Shown piece after piece: positions 9,579-20,114 of a DNA stretch of 64,000 nt. The translations under genes and the position numbers were made by a program. Source of the DNA: Winogradskyella tangerina (GTDB lineage Bacteria; Bacteroidota; Bacteroidia; Flavobacteriales; Flavobacteriaceae); NCBI RefSeq assembly GCF_003260205.1, contig NZ_QERF01000001.1, forward strand, positions 553,985-617,984, given 5' to 3'. Each line of letters opens with the position of its first letter. Position 1 is the stretch's first letter. Below the pieces are notes generated by a model. That model searched no databases and was not told where the DNA came from. It was given only the letters and a program-made list of their open reading frames with translations.

Positions 9579-10673
9579 ATGAGCGAAGTTAGACACAACT
9601 GGACCAAAGAAGAAATTCTAGATATATACAACAAACCCTTAATGGAACTGCTTTATGAAGCAGCCACAATACACAGAAAACACCACGACCCAAATACGGT
9701 ACAAGTAAGTACATTACTCTCCATCAAAACTGGTGGATGCCCCGAAGATTGCGGATATTGTCCACAGGCGGCTCGTTATCATACCGATATTGAGGGCAAT
9801 GACCTTATGAGTGTTCAGCAAGTTAAAGCACAGGCATTAAGAGCAAAGTCTTCAGGAAGCTCTAGAGTTTGTATGGGTGCTGCTTGGCGTAATGTAAAGG
9901 ACGGTCCGGAATTCGATCAGGTTTTAGAAATGGTTCGTACCATCAATAAGCTCGATATGGAAGTGTGTTGTACTCTGGGAATGGTTACTGAAAATCAGGC
10001 AAAGCGACTAGCCGAAGCTGGTTTATATGCTTACAATCATAACTTAGACTCTTCCGAAGAATATTATAAAGAAGTTATTTCTACTCGTGGTTTTGAAGAC
10101 CGATTAGAAACCATAGATAACGTTCGAAAAACAAATGTAACCGTATGCTCTGGTGGAATTATCGGTATGGGTGAAAAGGTTGAAGACCGCGCCGGAATGT
10201 TAGTTGCGCTATCTACATTAAATCCACAGCCCGAATCTGTACCAATTAACGCTTTAGTTGCTGTTGAAGGCACGCCTTTAGAAGATCAGGAACCCGTTTC
10301 CATTTGGGATATGGTGCGCATGGTAGCAACAACACGTATTGTTATTCCTGAAACGCAAGTCCGTCTTAGCGCCGGTAGAACACAAATGACACGCGAAGGC
10401 CAAGCCATGTGCTTTTTTGCTGGAGCCAATTCAATTTTTGCCGGCGATAAATTATTAACCACTCCAAATCCTGATGTAAATGAGGATATGGAAATGTTTA
10501 AGTTGCTAGGTTTGAATCCACAGAAACCCTTCATCAAAAAAATGCAACCACAGACTGTTGAAGCTGAAGATTCTAAATATCAGGATTTAGGTGAAAAACC
10601 AAAATGGACCAGACCAGACCACAAAATAGACCGCAACGAAGAGGCCAAACAAAAAGCAAAAGCCCTGAAGTAA
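9579..10673 (+). CDS. bioB: biotin synthase (radical SAM)
   Basis: It has CPEDCGYCPQ (the CxxxCxxC radical-SAM cluster) and the YNHNLDSS motif, plus a C-terminal extension of about 40 aa. Confidence 0.95.
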   Translation: MSEVRHNWTKEEILDIYNKPLMELLYEAATIHRKHHDPNTVQVSTLLSIKTGGCPEDCGYCPQAARYHTDIEGNDLMSVQQVKAQALRAKSSGSSRVCMGAAWRNVKDGPEFDQVLEMVRTINKLDMEVCCTLGMVTENQAKRLAEAGLYAYNHNLDSSEEYYKEVISTRGFEDRLETIDNVRKTNVTVCSGGIIGMGEKVEDRAGMLVALSTLNPQPESVPINALVAVEGTPLEDQEPVSIWDMVRMVATTRIVIPETQVRLSAGRTQMTREGQAMCFFAGANSIFAGDKLLTTPNPDVNEDMEMFKLLGLNPQKPFIKKMQPQTVEAEDSKYQDLGEKPKWTRPDHKIDRNEEAKQKAKALK

Positions 10674-10739
10674 ATCCGCTTAACAATATCTAAACTTTAG
10701 TAACGTTTTATTAACTTTGACATTCAAAAGTTTTAACCG

Positions 10740-11600
10740 TTGCAACTGAACCTCCAAGATATACCTCGTGTTGAAACCATCACGAAGGCCGATTTTATAA
10801 AGCATTATTTCAAGCCGCAAAAACCTGTGGTTATTGAGCGCTTTATTGAAGACTGGCCCGCCTATTCCAAATGGAGTTTAGACTACATGAAAGAGGTTGC
10901 GGGCGACAAAACAGTGCCGCTTTATGATGATAGGCCCGTAGACTACAAGGAAGGTTTTAACGAGGCGCATGCCACTATGAAAATGAGTGACTATGTGGAT
11001 TTGCTGAAGCGTGAACCCACAAAATTCAGAATCTTTCTTTGGAATATATTAAAGGAAGTACCGCAACTTCAAAAAGACTTTAGTTACCCCGATTTTGGTT
11101 TAAGATTAATGAAAGGCTTACCCATGTTGTTTTTTGGAGGAACCGATTCGTACACCTTTATGCACTACGATATTGATTTGGCAAACATTTTCCATTTTCA
11201 TTTTGAAGGCAAAAAACAATGCATTCTATTCGATCAAAAACAGAATAAGTATCTATATAAAATACCACATTCATTAATTACCCGTGAAGACATTGATTTT
11301 CATAATCCAGATTTCGAAAAATGGCCCGCGTTAAAACATGCTAAAGGGTGGATTTGCAATCTCAATCATGGTGAAGTTTTGTATATGCCTGAAGGCTATT
11401 GGCACTATATGCGCTACATAACTCCGGGGTTTTCAATGAGTTTAAGAGCCATTGCCAGAAATCCGAAGAATTTTACCAAGGCTTTATATAACATTTTCCT
11501 CATGCGAAATTATGACAATTTAATGCGCCGCATAAGAGGTCAAAAATGGATCGATTGGAAAAATGAAAAAGCATTAACCAACACCAACCGCTTCGTATAA
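10740..11600 (+). CDS. cupin-like/JmjC-domain protein
   Basis: The pattern WSLDYM...FLWNIL...FMHYDIDLANIFHFHFEGKK...GEVLYMPEGYWHY fits a JmjC/cupin-4 fold. TTG is the likely start. Confidence 0.55.
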   Translation: MQLNLQDIPRVETITKADFIKHYFKPQKPVVIERFIEDWPAYSKWSLDYMKEVAGDKTVPLYDDRPVDYKEGFNEAHATMKMSDYVDLLKREPTKFRIFLWNILKEVPQLQKDFSYPDFGLRLMKGLPMLFFGGTDSYTFMHYDIDLANIFHFHFEGKKQCILFDQKQNKYLYKIPHSLITREDIDFHNPDFEKWPALKHAKGWICNLNHGEVLYMPEGYWHYMRYITPGFSMSLRAIARNPKNFTKALYNIFLMRNYDNLMRRIRGQKWIDWKNEKALTNTNRFV

Positions 11601-11642
11601 TTTTCTTACAGCCGTAAGTATTCAATTCGTATATTTGCCCGC

Positions 11643-12152
11643 ATGAATAAAATTTTTAACATGAAAAATATTGTATTTGTAGTCTTCGTTTTGATCTTTA
11701 GTTTTGGTAATTCTCAAGCGTTTAAAGGTAAGGGAGATCAAAAATTTCAGGTAGGAGCAAACTTTCAAGATGAAGCCACAGGAATTAATATTACCTATGA
11801 TTACGGATTAGGTGATAATATCTCAATCGGAGTTTCTTCTTCTTATGCCTTAGGCGTTGATGACCGTCTCGATGCTGATTTTGGTGATCGCTTTGATCTA
11901 AAAGCAAGATTCAACGCAAACATAGGAAGCGTTCTAAATATTGATGAGAATTTCGATTTTTATCCTGGTCTAAGTTTAAGTCTAAAAAATTTCGGTGGTC
12001 ATGTTGGTGCCCGATATTTCTTTTCTGAAGGCTTCGGAATTTACACCGAAGCAGCATTTCCTTTAGCTAAATACAGTGATGACAAATCTGACGTGGGTTA
12101 CTATATTTATAATCAATTCACCATTAATATTGGCGCAAGTTTCAACCTATAA
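11643..12152 (+). CDS. secreted hypothetical protein (signal peptide, beta-rich; possible OM beta-barrel)
   Basis: It has an N-terminal signal peptide (VFVVFVLIFSFGNSQA) and alternating aromatic/Gly beta-strand patterns ending in F-x-L. Confidence 0.45.
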   Translation: MNKIFNMKNIVFVVFVLIFSFGNSQAFKGKGDQKFQVGANFQDEATGINITYDYGLGDNISIGVSSSYALGVDDRLDADFGDRFDLKARFNANIGSVLNIDENFDFYPGLSLSLKNFGGHVGARYFFSEGFGIYTEAAFPLAKYSDDKSDVGYYIYNQFTINIGASFNL

Positions 12153-12170
12153 CCAATATTCATTAAAATT

Positions 12171-12206
12171 ATAAAGCCTTTTCAAAAGTTGAAAAGGCTT
12201 TTTTTA
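12171..12206. terminator. bidirectional rho-independent terminator between convergent genes
   Basis: AAGCCTTTTCAA / TTGAAAAGGCTT is a 12-bp perfect stem flanked by an A-run and a T-run. Confidence 0.7.
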
Positions 12207-12674
12207 TAAGTACTTGTTCATTTTTTCGTAAATAAGATGCGACTCCCAACCTCTGTACAGTAAATAATCGGCAACTTTTTTCTTCTTCTTGTATATATTT
12301 TTCTCGGTGACTTGATGAATCCGCATTTGAATGAGTTCGTCTAAAACACTGTCATATTCGGCATCATCAATCTCTTGCATGGCAACGTTAATGGCATATT
12401 TAGAGATTTCCCGAAACTTCAATTCTCTTAACAATCTCATTTTGCCCCATTTCTTAATTCTGAATTTACCTCTAACAAAGGCTTTTGCAAAGCGTTCTTC
12501 GTTCAAATAATTTTGTTCAATAAGAGAAACTATGATTTTGTCGATTGCTTCCGGAATCATTTTCATTTCCTTCAGCTTCACCTTTACCTCTTTATGACAT
12601 CTTTCTTGATAAGCACAGTAATTTTCGAGGATCTTTTGCGCTTCATCGACAGTATAGGTTTTTTGTAGGTTCAC
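12204..12674 (-). CDS. recX: recombination regulator RecX
   Basis: It has three-helix repeat modules (YCAYQERC...AKAFVRGKF...YLLYRGW) and is RecX-sized. Confidence 0.75.
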   Translation of the reverse strand: MNLQKTYTVDEAQKILENYCAYQERCHKEVKVKLKEMKMIPEAIDKIIVSLIEQNYLNEERFAKAFVRGKFRIKKWGKMRLLRELKFREISKYAINVAMQEIDDAEYDSVLDELIQMRIHQVTEKNIYKKKKKVADYLLYRGWESHLIYEKMNKYL

Positions 12675-12781
12675 GGCGGCAAATATAACATTTTAATAAT
12701 ACTTTAGTATGTCTAACTTACTGTGAGTTAGGTAATTTTAGTATATATTTGCCTTAAATTTTTTTGGTTAATCCTATCCCT

Positions 12782-15700
12782 ATGAAGAAGAACTACCTCT
12801 CCCTCCTACTTATACTTTTTGTATCTTTTAAAACCTTTGGTCAATCTGATGTTATTATCAGTCAGTATATAGAAACTAATTCTGGAACAACACCAAAGGG
12901 AATCGAGATATTTAATGTCTCTGGTGCCGCAATAACATTTACACCGACAAATAATCTAGAAGTCTTTCAAGGAACAAATGGAGGAGCGTGCACAGGTACT
13001 GCATTGGTTGATATAACTTCGGGTACTCTAGGAATTGATGAAGTTTGGGTTATAGGAACTTCAGACTTGACCTCCGATGCAATTACGAATGGCACAGATT
13101 TATCAGGAACTACGGATTACAATTTTTCATTTAATGGTGATGATGCCCTTAGGGTGACTTTAGGTGGTGTAGTTCAAGATATGTTTGGCGAATGTGGTAC
13201 AGATCCTGGTTCTGCTTGGTCAGGGAGTGGCGTTGCTACAAACAATAACAACCTACAAATAAAAAATGGGATTTGCGATGGAGATATTGATGGTTGGACT
13301 GATCCTAGTGTCAGATTTGATCAGATTGCAAATGGTTCTGATATGACAGGGTTTGGTAATGCTCCGGCTTCTTGTTCTTCAAGTAATACTTCGGTTGAAT
13401 TCGTTAGTACCTCTTCCACATTGGCTGAAAACGGAACTTTTATTGATATCTGTGTAGGGATAACAAATCCATCAGCTACAAACGCTACAACAGTTGAAAT
13501 CTCTCTCGATGGAAGTTCATCTGCAACTAATGGTACCGATTACGATGACGGTGCAGGCGTGGCCATAAGTTTCCCCGTAACCCTTACCTTTCCAGCAGGA
13601 AGTTCAGCAAATCAGTGCCTTACAATACACGCTGAGAACGACGCTATTATTGAAGGTGACGAAAACCTAGTACTTGATCTCACAAATGCTAATGGTGGAG
13701 ATACTGCAGCTTTAGGTACAGACGTACAGCATATACTTACTATAGATGACGATGACGATACCTTTCCTGCGGATGTGGTAATCACAGAAATAATGTACAA
13801 CACACAAGGAACAGATGACGAATGGATTGAAATTTGTAATATTTCTGGTACGGCACAAGTACTGAATGGTTACAGTATTGAGGTCGATAATATTGTAGAA
13901 TATACGTTTCCATCAAGTGGAGTAATTATTGCTGATGGTGATTGTATTACAGTAGCTTTAGGAACAGATGGAGACGGTACATTTAATGACGGTATCGATA
14001 CTTCTAGTTCAGGATATTGTCCCTTTGTTCCCGACTATGGAATTAGTCTAACACCTGCAAACTCAGGACAGCTTCCAAATAGTACAGCTTTGATAGAGAT
14101 CGTTGCTTCAGACGGCACATCAGTGGTGGATAATGTTACTTATGACAATAGCGATGGGGCTGATGGAAATGGCGAATCTTTACACGTTATTGACGCTTCG
14201 CAAGACAATTCAGATACAGGAACAAACTGGCAAGAAGTTCTTAACGGCGGATCATATACTGGTAATACTCTAATTTCACCATGTACACCAGCAGGTCCTG
14301 AAATTAATTTAGAAGGCACAACATCTGGTTTCCCTGATATTACTGATGGTGATACAACACCAAGTACTCTTGATGGTACTAATTTTGGTGGAGTAGTTAT
14401 CGGTGGAACAAGTACCAACACATTCAGAATTGAGAACTTTGCTGGTACTACAGATTTAACAATAACAAGTGTTACTGTATCAAGTGGTGATACCGGAGAT
14501 TTTTCAATAACACTACTCCCTTCTTCTCCAATAGCCGCTTTAGGATCGAGTAATTTTGATGTAGAATTTAGCCCAACAGCTGTAGGCACAAGAACAGCTG
14601 TTATTGAGATCGTAAATAACGACAGTGACGAAAACCCATATACATTTATAGTAACAGGAAATGGCCTATGTGCAGCTAGCACCATTACAGCCTTACCAAA
14701 TTCTGGTCCGGTTGGAACGATTGTCACGGTAACGGGCACAAACCTTTCAACGGCCACAGCTTCGTTTAATGGTGTTGCCGCAACCGTGAATAATATCTCG
14801 GCGACAGAAATGGAAGTGATTGTCCCTGCTGGTGCTAGTTCAGGGAACTTAGAAATTACTGATGATCTTGGTTGTCCTGGCACTACACCATTTACGGTAA
14901 TTGAATCGCAGATTTCAAGTTGTGAAGGTTCTGGTGGCACAACACCTACAGATTTATTTATTTCTGAAGTTACCGATGCAAACACTGGTGGATTAACCTA
15001 CGTTGAAATTTACAATGGTACAGGTGCTACAGTAAATCTTTCTAGCTATAGCATTCAATTTTTTAATAACGGTAATGCCACTGAAAATGGTGGTTCTATC
15101 ACTTTAGCCAATGTCAACCTAGCTTCAGATGATACTTATATTCTCGCGGTAAGCCAAGGTGCCTCATGTACTGGAGTTACCGGAGGTGATGGCTCATTGG
15201 CAGATCAAACAGGATCTGGTGGAATTAATTTTGTTGCAAATGGTGACGATCACATACGATTATACGATGGTAGTACACATGTAGATTCTTGGGGTGAATA
15301 TTTATCTGATACGTGGGCTGATGCCTTAGGTATTGGTTCTGAAGGTGTTGTTTTTACGCGCGATAATGACGCAGCCAATCTTCCAAGTACTACGTTCAAT
15401 TTAGCAGATTGGACCTATGTTGATTGGGCTTCTTGTGCAGATAATGACTATTCAAATATTGGCACCTATGATTTTTCGACCGGTACACCACCGACAGTAA
15501 ATTCAATTTCAGATCAGTCTACGGCTTGTAATGAAACTACGATTACAGTTTCAGCTACAGAGGGTGCCTCTGGTGGAAATACACTTAACTATGTATGGTA
15601 TTTATACAATCCGGCACAATCTGCTTCAGGATGGCAAGTTATTTCAAACGGAGGTATTTATACCACTAGTGCAACTTCGCCTAACCTAGTTATTTCAGAT

Positions 15701-17602
15701 GCTGCAAGTGTTAGCGACTTTCAATTTTATTGTGAAGTACGTGAAGATGATGCTAGTTGTTACTCGGCCTCAGACGCCATTCAAATCACTGTAAGTACAG
15801 CAACTTGGGATGGTACTAACTGGACCTGGAACGATAGTACAGCAATGAATACTGTACCAACCACTTCAGCAAATGTTATAATTAACGGAGATTACGACAC
15901 AGCCAATGGTGGTGCTGAAATCAGTTTTGAGGCATGTGAATGTCTTGTAAATTCGGGTACTTTGACGATTGATGACAACACCTATGTGTTAGTTGAAAAT
16001 GATCTTACTGTTGATGGAAACATTGTGGTTAAAAAGGATGGTGCCTTCGTACAGGTTAATGATGCAGCTATCGTTGATGGTGATGTTTTAACTGATAAAA
16101 CTAAAATTAGTGTTGAGAAAGAAACAGCGCCATTAGCATCACAGTTAGAATACACTTATTGGAGTTCGCCTGTAGTAGGAGAAGTTATTAGTGATGGCCT
16201 TTTTGAAGCCAACCCAAATAGAATTTATTACTTCAACGGTCAGAACTTTAGAGATTCTACGGAAGAAACCAACAATGATAACACCACTGCTACTGGACAA
16301 GACGATATAGATGATGATGGTAACGACTGGCAATTTGCAGTTGGAAGTACAGTGATGTCTCCTGGTGTAGGATATGCTGCAACGCATAGCCCAACAGGAT
16401 TTGTCCCCTCAAGATATCTGTATACATTTGAAGGTGCTTTTAATAACGGGGTGATCAACGTACCTATCTATAGAGATGACGCAGAATTATTGGATAACAA
16501 CTGGAACTTCATCGGTAACCCTTACCCATCTGCTATTGATGCTGATCTGTTCTTAGCAGCCAATGCCAGCATCGATCAAACTGTTGGAGCTACGAATGGA
16601 GCAATCTTTTTCTGGTCGCACAATACAGCAGCTAACGGTAACACTAACGGTAACGAAGAATTAAATTATTCACAGAGTGATTATGCGATAATCAATGGCT
16701 CTGGGGAAACAGCCGGTGGTGACAATGTTATACCTACACGTCATATTCCTTCTGGGCAAGGATTCTTTGTTTCAATGGATAATGCTGCTACTTCAACTTC
16801 TGCTGGTGGAACCATTCAAACCACAGATGTTGTCTTCAATAATAGTATGAGGCTAATAGGTAACAACAGCCAATTCTTTAGAAATGCTAATCCATTCAAC
16901 AAATTATGGTTGAATTTGACTTCAGATAACGGCGTGTTTAATCAAACATTGATTGCCTATGTAGATGGTGCTTCGGACGAAGATGATGGCATGTATTACG
17001 ATGCTCGCAAGAATCAATCTTCAGATTTATATTCTGGAATCTACACCACGTTAGATGCCTCAACTGATGATAAGTTTGCTATTCAGGGGAAACATCCAAA
17101 TAGCTTAGATATGGATGAAGTTATTCAACTTGGATTTAATACGGTCATAGACGAAGCTACTATTTACACCATTGCAATTCATAATGTTGAAGGTCAGTTT
17201 ATGACTGATAATGACATCTTTATCATCGATTATGAATTGAATACCATTCATAATTTAAAACAATCAGATTATAGCTTCACTTCAGAAGTTGGAGAATTTA
17301 ATGATCGTTTCGATATCGTATTTAGAGCTAATGCACTCTCCATTGACGACAACACTATAAGCTCGAATGACCTCTCAATAACAGAGCTCTCCAATGGTGA
17401 TGTAAGAATAAAAGTCAACGAGGCCTTAACGATTGAGGCTGTAGAAATTCTAGACCTATTAGGTAGACGAATTTATAGTCTGAAAGGTTCAAGCGCTTCC
17501 GAAGTTTATGATTTATCGAAATTAAGTAATGCGGCCTACATTGCTAAGGTGACACTTTCGAACGGACAAATCATAAGTAAAAAAGCCATTAAGCAACAAT
17601 AG
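12782..17602 (+). CDS. giant secreted adhesin-like protein: lamin-tail domains (x3), Calx-beta, IPT/TIG, and a T9SS C-terminal sorting domain
   Basis: It has a signal peptide (MKKNYLSLLLILFVSF). The LTD motifs are VVITEIMYNTQGTDDEWIEICN and LFISEVTD...YVEIYN. The Calx-beta block is FVSTSS...VLDLTNANGG. The IPT block is ITALPNSGPVGTIVTVTGTNL. The C-terminus (IEAVEILDLLGRRIY...ISKKAIKQQ) is a T9SS CTD. Confidence 0.8.
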   Translation: MKKNYLSLLLILFVSFKTFGQSDVIISQYIETNSGTTPKGIEIFNVSGAAITFTPTNNLEVFQGTNGGACTGTALVDITSGTLGIDEVWVIGTSDLTSDAITNGTDLSGTTDYNFSFNGDDALRVTLGGVVQDMFGECGTDPGSAWSGSGVATNNNNLQIKNGICDGDIDGWTDPSVRFDQIANGSDMTGFGNAPASCSSSNTSVEFVSTSSTLAENGTFIDICVGITNPSATNATTVEISLDGSSSATNGTDYDDGAGVAISFPVTLTFPAGSSANQCLTIHAENDAIIEGDENLVLDLTNANGGDTAALGTDVQHILTIDDDDDTFPADVVITEIMYNTQGTDDEWIEICNISGTAQVLNGYSIEVDNIVEYTFPSSGVIIADGDCITVALGTDGDGTFNDGIDTSSSGYCPFVPDYGISLTPANSGQLPNSTALIEIVASDGTSVVDNVTYDNSDGADGNGESLHVIDASQDNSDTGTNWQEVLNGGSYTGNTLISPCTPAGPEINLEGTTSGFPDITDGDTTPSTLDGTNFGGVVIGGTSTNTFRIENFAGTTDLTITSVTVSSGDTGDFSITLLPSSPIAALGSSNFDVEFSPTAVGTRTAVIEIVNNDSDENPYTFIVTGNGLCAASTITALPNSGPVGTIVTVTGTNLSTATASFNGVAATVNNISATEMEVIVPAGASSGNLEITDDLGCPGTTPFTVIESQISSCEGSGGTTPTDLFISEVTDANTGGLTYVEIYNGTGATVNLSSYSIQFFNNGNATENGGSITLANVNLASDDTYILAVSQGASCTGVTGGDGSLADQTGSGGINFVANGDDHIRLYDGSTHVDSWGEYLSDTWADALGIGSEGVVFTRDNDAANLPSTTFNLADWTYVDWASCADNDYSNIGTYDFSTGTPPTVNSISDQSTACNETTITVSATEGASGGNTLNYVWYLYNPAQSASGWQVISNGGIYTTSATSPNLVISDAASVSDFQFYCEVREDDASCYSASDAIQITVSTATWDGTNWTWNDSTAMNTVPTTSANVIINGDYDTANGGAEISFEACECLVNSGTLTIDDNTYVLVENDLTVDGNIVVKKDGAFVQVNDAAIVDGDVLTDKTKISVEKETAPLASQLEYTYWSSPVVGEVISDGLFEANPNRIYYFNGQNFRDSTEETNNDNTTATGQDDIDDDGNDWQFAVGSTVMSPGVGYAATHSPTGFVPSRYLYTFEGAFNNGVINVPIYRDDAELLDNNWNFIGNPYPSAIDADLFLAANASIDQTVGATNGAIFFWSHNTAANGNTNGNEELNYSQSDYAIINGSGETAGGDNVIPTRHIPSGQGFFVSMDNAATSTSAGGTIQTTDVVFNNSMRLIGNNSQFFRNANPFNKLWLNLTSDNGVFNQTLIAYVDGASDEDDGMYYDARKNQSSDLYSGIYTTLDASTDDKFAIQGKHPNSLDMDEVIQLGFNTVIDEATIYTIAIHNVEGQFMTDNDIFIIDYELNTIHNLKQSDYSFTSEVGEFNDRFDIVFRANALSIDDNTISSNDLSITELSNGDVRIKVNEALTIEAVEILDLLGRRIYSLKGSSASEVYDLSKLSNAAYIAKVTLSNGQIISKKAIKQQ

Positions 17603-17626
17603 ATCACTTTTGAAACAAAATTATTG

Positions 17627-17657
17627 AAGGGCTTAGTTAATTCTAAGCCTTTTTTTA
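17627..17657. terminator. bidirectional terminator between the LTD-adhesin and TonB-receptor genes
   Basis: The hairpin AAGGGCTTAG..CTAAGCCT is followed by a T7 run. Confidence 0.6.
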
Positions 17658-20090
17658 TAATGAATATTTAAGTGCTAAAATTAAGTTTCTACCTGCTGCT
17701 GAAATGCCTGAAGAATAAGGTCGGTAGCGTTGATCAGTAATATTTTCTAAGCTGGCAGTGATGGTCCAATTCGAATTCCAAAATAGTTGTGCCCTCAAAT
17801 TTAGGGTATACCAAGATGGTGAATATGGATTACCATTTGCATCAGAAGCATATAAATAATCTTTTGAAAGTTCTGATGGTGCCAACTGATTAAACGACAG
17901 CTCGTTGTTATAAATTAAAAAGGCATCAATAAGCCACTTATCTTTTTTCCATACTAAATGTGTTCTTCCAAAATTAGGCGCCACATGTCTTACAGGAACC
18001 TCTACACCTTCATTGTCTTCGGTACCTCCAATAATATTGTATTGTGAACGCAGTTTAAAGTATTCTGAAAAATTGATCTCTGCGCCAACTTCAAAACCAT
18101 AGATCCACGCGCGCGATGCATTCTGTATAGCTTGTACAGTGCTCAATTCCCCATCATAGATAATTTCTGTCTGACCATTCAATTCAAAATCTCTGCGTAT
18201 TAAGGCATTATCTAAAAACGTGTAGTAGGTCGCCATATCGAGTATGACTTTGTTTTCAAAATTTAATTTTAACCCCAGCTCACCACCATAGGCATATTCA
18301 GCCTTCAAATTATTATTTGGCACCACAACAGAGCCAGGTTCAGAATCGAACACCTTACCTAAATCATCAATATTTGGCGCTCTAAATGCTGTTGAAGCAT
18401 TTAATTTCCATTGGATGGTTTTATTGGGCGACCAGGTTATACCGGCCGTACCGGTTAGTGCCCCTGTGTTTACTTCGGAATCGTTAAATGGTAAATTTAA
18501 AAAGGCGTTATTCTCAGTGAAATCTGCCTTGGCAATTACGTGATTGTAACGCAGACCAGATTGAAACACGAATTTTGAATTTGGCTTGTATTTAAAACTC
18601 GTGTAAGCCGCGACAGACTGCCATGTTGAACCATCTGGATAACGAGTAACATTCTGAGCTACAGTATTTGTTTCTATATTTTCTTCTTGTCCTTCAGAGC
18701 CAACTGTATTGTAGAGATACTCTAAACCGTAAAATACACTGGTTTTTGGGGTAAGTTTCTTCTCGAGATCTAGATTAAATGAAAGTACATCTACATTTTC
18801 TTCTCTAACCTCGCGTAATGGTGATTGAAAATCTCTACCCCTACGGCTCTCCTTAAAATTCTGATATGCTACAGTAGCCTTTATCTTATCATATAAATTT
18901 GAACTACTGCTTGTCTTAGTAACCTGAGCATTCCCCATAAACCATTGCTGCGGACCATATTCCCACTCTGCAGAGCGCAAAGTTTCACCACGTGGTCTTA
19001 TTAATCGATCGTATCTAGGATAATCTGACGTTGTTGTAAAGTATACTCCAAAGTCGAAAAACAAATTATCTGATGGTTCATAATGCACCTTTTGCATTAA
19101 GTTTAATTGACTATAACCTGTTGGGACTTGCACTTGAGGATCATCGTTTGGTACAATAATATCTTGTCCATTCTGACGAATCACATACTCTGGTCTCAGA
19201 TAATCATCCGGCCCATGACTACCCATTCTAAGATCATCAAAATCGGTGAAGCTAACGTTGGTTAAAAACGCCCATTTTTTATACCCAAGATTAAGATCGA
19301 AATGCGCTGTTTTTTCCATATTGGCCGTACTATAACGCAACAGTGCATTGCCGTCTAAAAGCAATTCATCCTTATACGACAATTGTGGTTTTTTAGTATA
19401 AAAACTCATCACACCTCCAATAGCATCACTTCCATATACAACAGAACCAGCACCTAAGGTTACTTCGGTACTTTGCACAGATAAGGGGTCTATAGAGATA
19501 ACATTTTGAATATTCCCGCCTCGAAAAATGGCATTGTTCATTCTTACACCATCAACAGTTATAAGTAATCGGTTGGTCGAAAATCCCCGAATCATTGGGC
19601 TTCCACCACCCATTTGACTTTTTTGAATGAAAATATTTCCTGAATTATTTAAAAGGTCAGCACTGGTTTGAGGATTTGCTAATGTGATATCCTTGGCGTT
19701 AATACTTACGATGGTCTGAGGGATATCTTGCTTGCTTTGTTCAAACTTTGAAACAGAAATCACAATTTGATCGAGCCCTTCTACTTTTGGTGTTAGGTAT
19801 ATGAGGTAGTTATTCTCTGCAATTTCAAACTTTCGAAGCTGAAATTTCTCGTATAACAAATTTTGAAAGAAGATGATTTCGCGCGCATTGAATTTATCGA
19901 GATTCGCCTGACCGAGACTGTCCGTAACTACATATTTTGTTTTTTTCAGATTATATAAGGCGACACTCGGGATTGGCCTATTATCTCCTTGATCTAAAAC
20001 AGTAATAGTTTGGGAAAACGACAGCTGTAAAAAAAGAAACAAAACAACACTAAAAATGATATTATACTTCACTTTTATGCACATCTTCAT
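17655..20090 (-). CDS. TonB-dependent receptor with an N-terminal carboxypeptidase-regulatory-like domain
   Basis: It has a signal peptide, a CarbopepD_reg-like N-terminus (ITVLDQGDNRPIPSVALYN), a plug (DIPQTIVSI...SADLLNN...IRGF), and a long beta-barrel. Confidence 0.8.
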   Translation of the reverse strand: MKMCIKVKYNIIFSVVLFLFLQLSFSQTITVLDQGDNRPIPSVALYNLKKTKYVVTDSLGQANLDKFNAREIIFFQNLLYEKFQLRKFEIAENNYLIYLTPKVEGLDQIVISVSKFEQSKQDIPQTIVSINAKDITLANPQTSADLLNNSGNIFIQKSQMGGGSPMIRGFSTNRLLITVDGVRMNNAIFRGGNIQNVISIDPLSVQSTEVTLGAGSVVYGSDAIGGVMSFYTKKPQLSYKDELLLDGNALLRYSTANMEKTAHFDLNLGYKKWAFLTNVSFTDFDDLRMGSHGPDDYLRPEYVIRQNGQDIIVPNDDPQVQVPTGYSQLNLMQKVHYEPSDNLFFDFGVYFTTTSDYPRYDRLIRPRGETLRSAEWEYGPQQWFMGNAQVTKTSSSSNLYDKIKATVAYQNFKESRRGRDFQSPLREVREENVDVLSFNLDLEKKLTPKTSVFYGLEYLYNTVGSEGQEENIETNTVAQNVTRYPDGSTWQSVAAYTSFKYKPNSKFVFQSGLRYNHVIAKADFTENNAFLNLPFNDSEVNTGALTGTAGITWSPNKTIQWKLNASTAFRAPNIDDLGKVFDSEPGSVVVPNNNLKAEYAYGGELGLKLNFENKVILDMATYYTFLDNALIRRDFELNGQTEIIYDGELSTVQAIQNASRAWIYGFEVGAEINFSEYFKLRSQYNIIGGTEDNEGVEVPVRHVAPNFGRTHLVWKKDKWLIDAFLIYNNELSFNQLAPSELSKDYLYASDANGNPYSPSWYTLNLRAQLFWNSNWTITASLENITDQRYRPYSSGISAAGRNLILALKYSL

Positions 20091-20114
20091 TAAAATCTCT
20101 TCGTAAAAAATAGC

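Noticed and set aside
14140-14985. 281-aa antisense ORF inside the giant adhesin gene
   Set aside because: It is entirely embedded antisense to a strongly supported 1,612-aa CDS. It is low-complexity and Val/Pro/Ser-rich from the mirrored Thr/Gly/Asp-rich frame, which is a typical shadow ORF.
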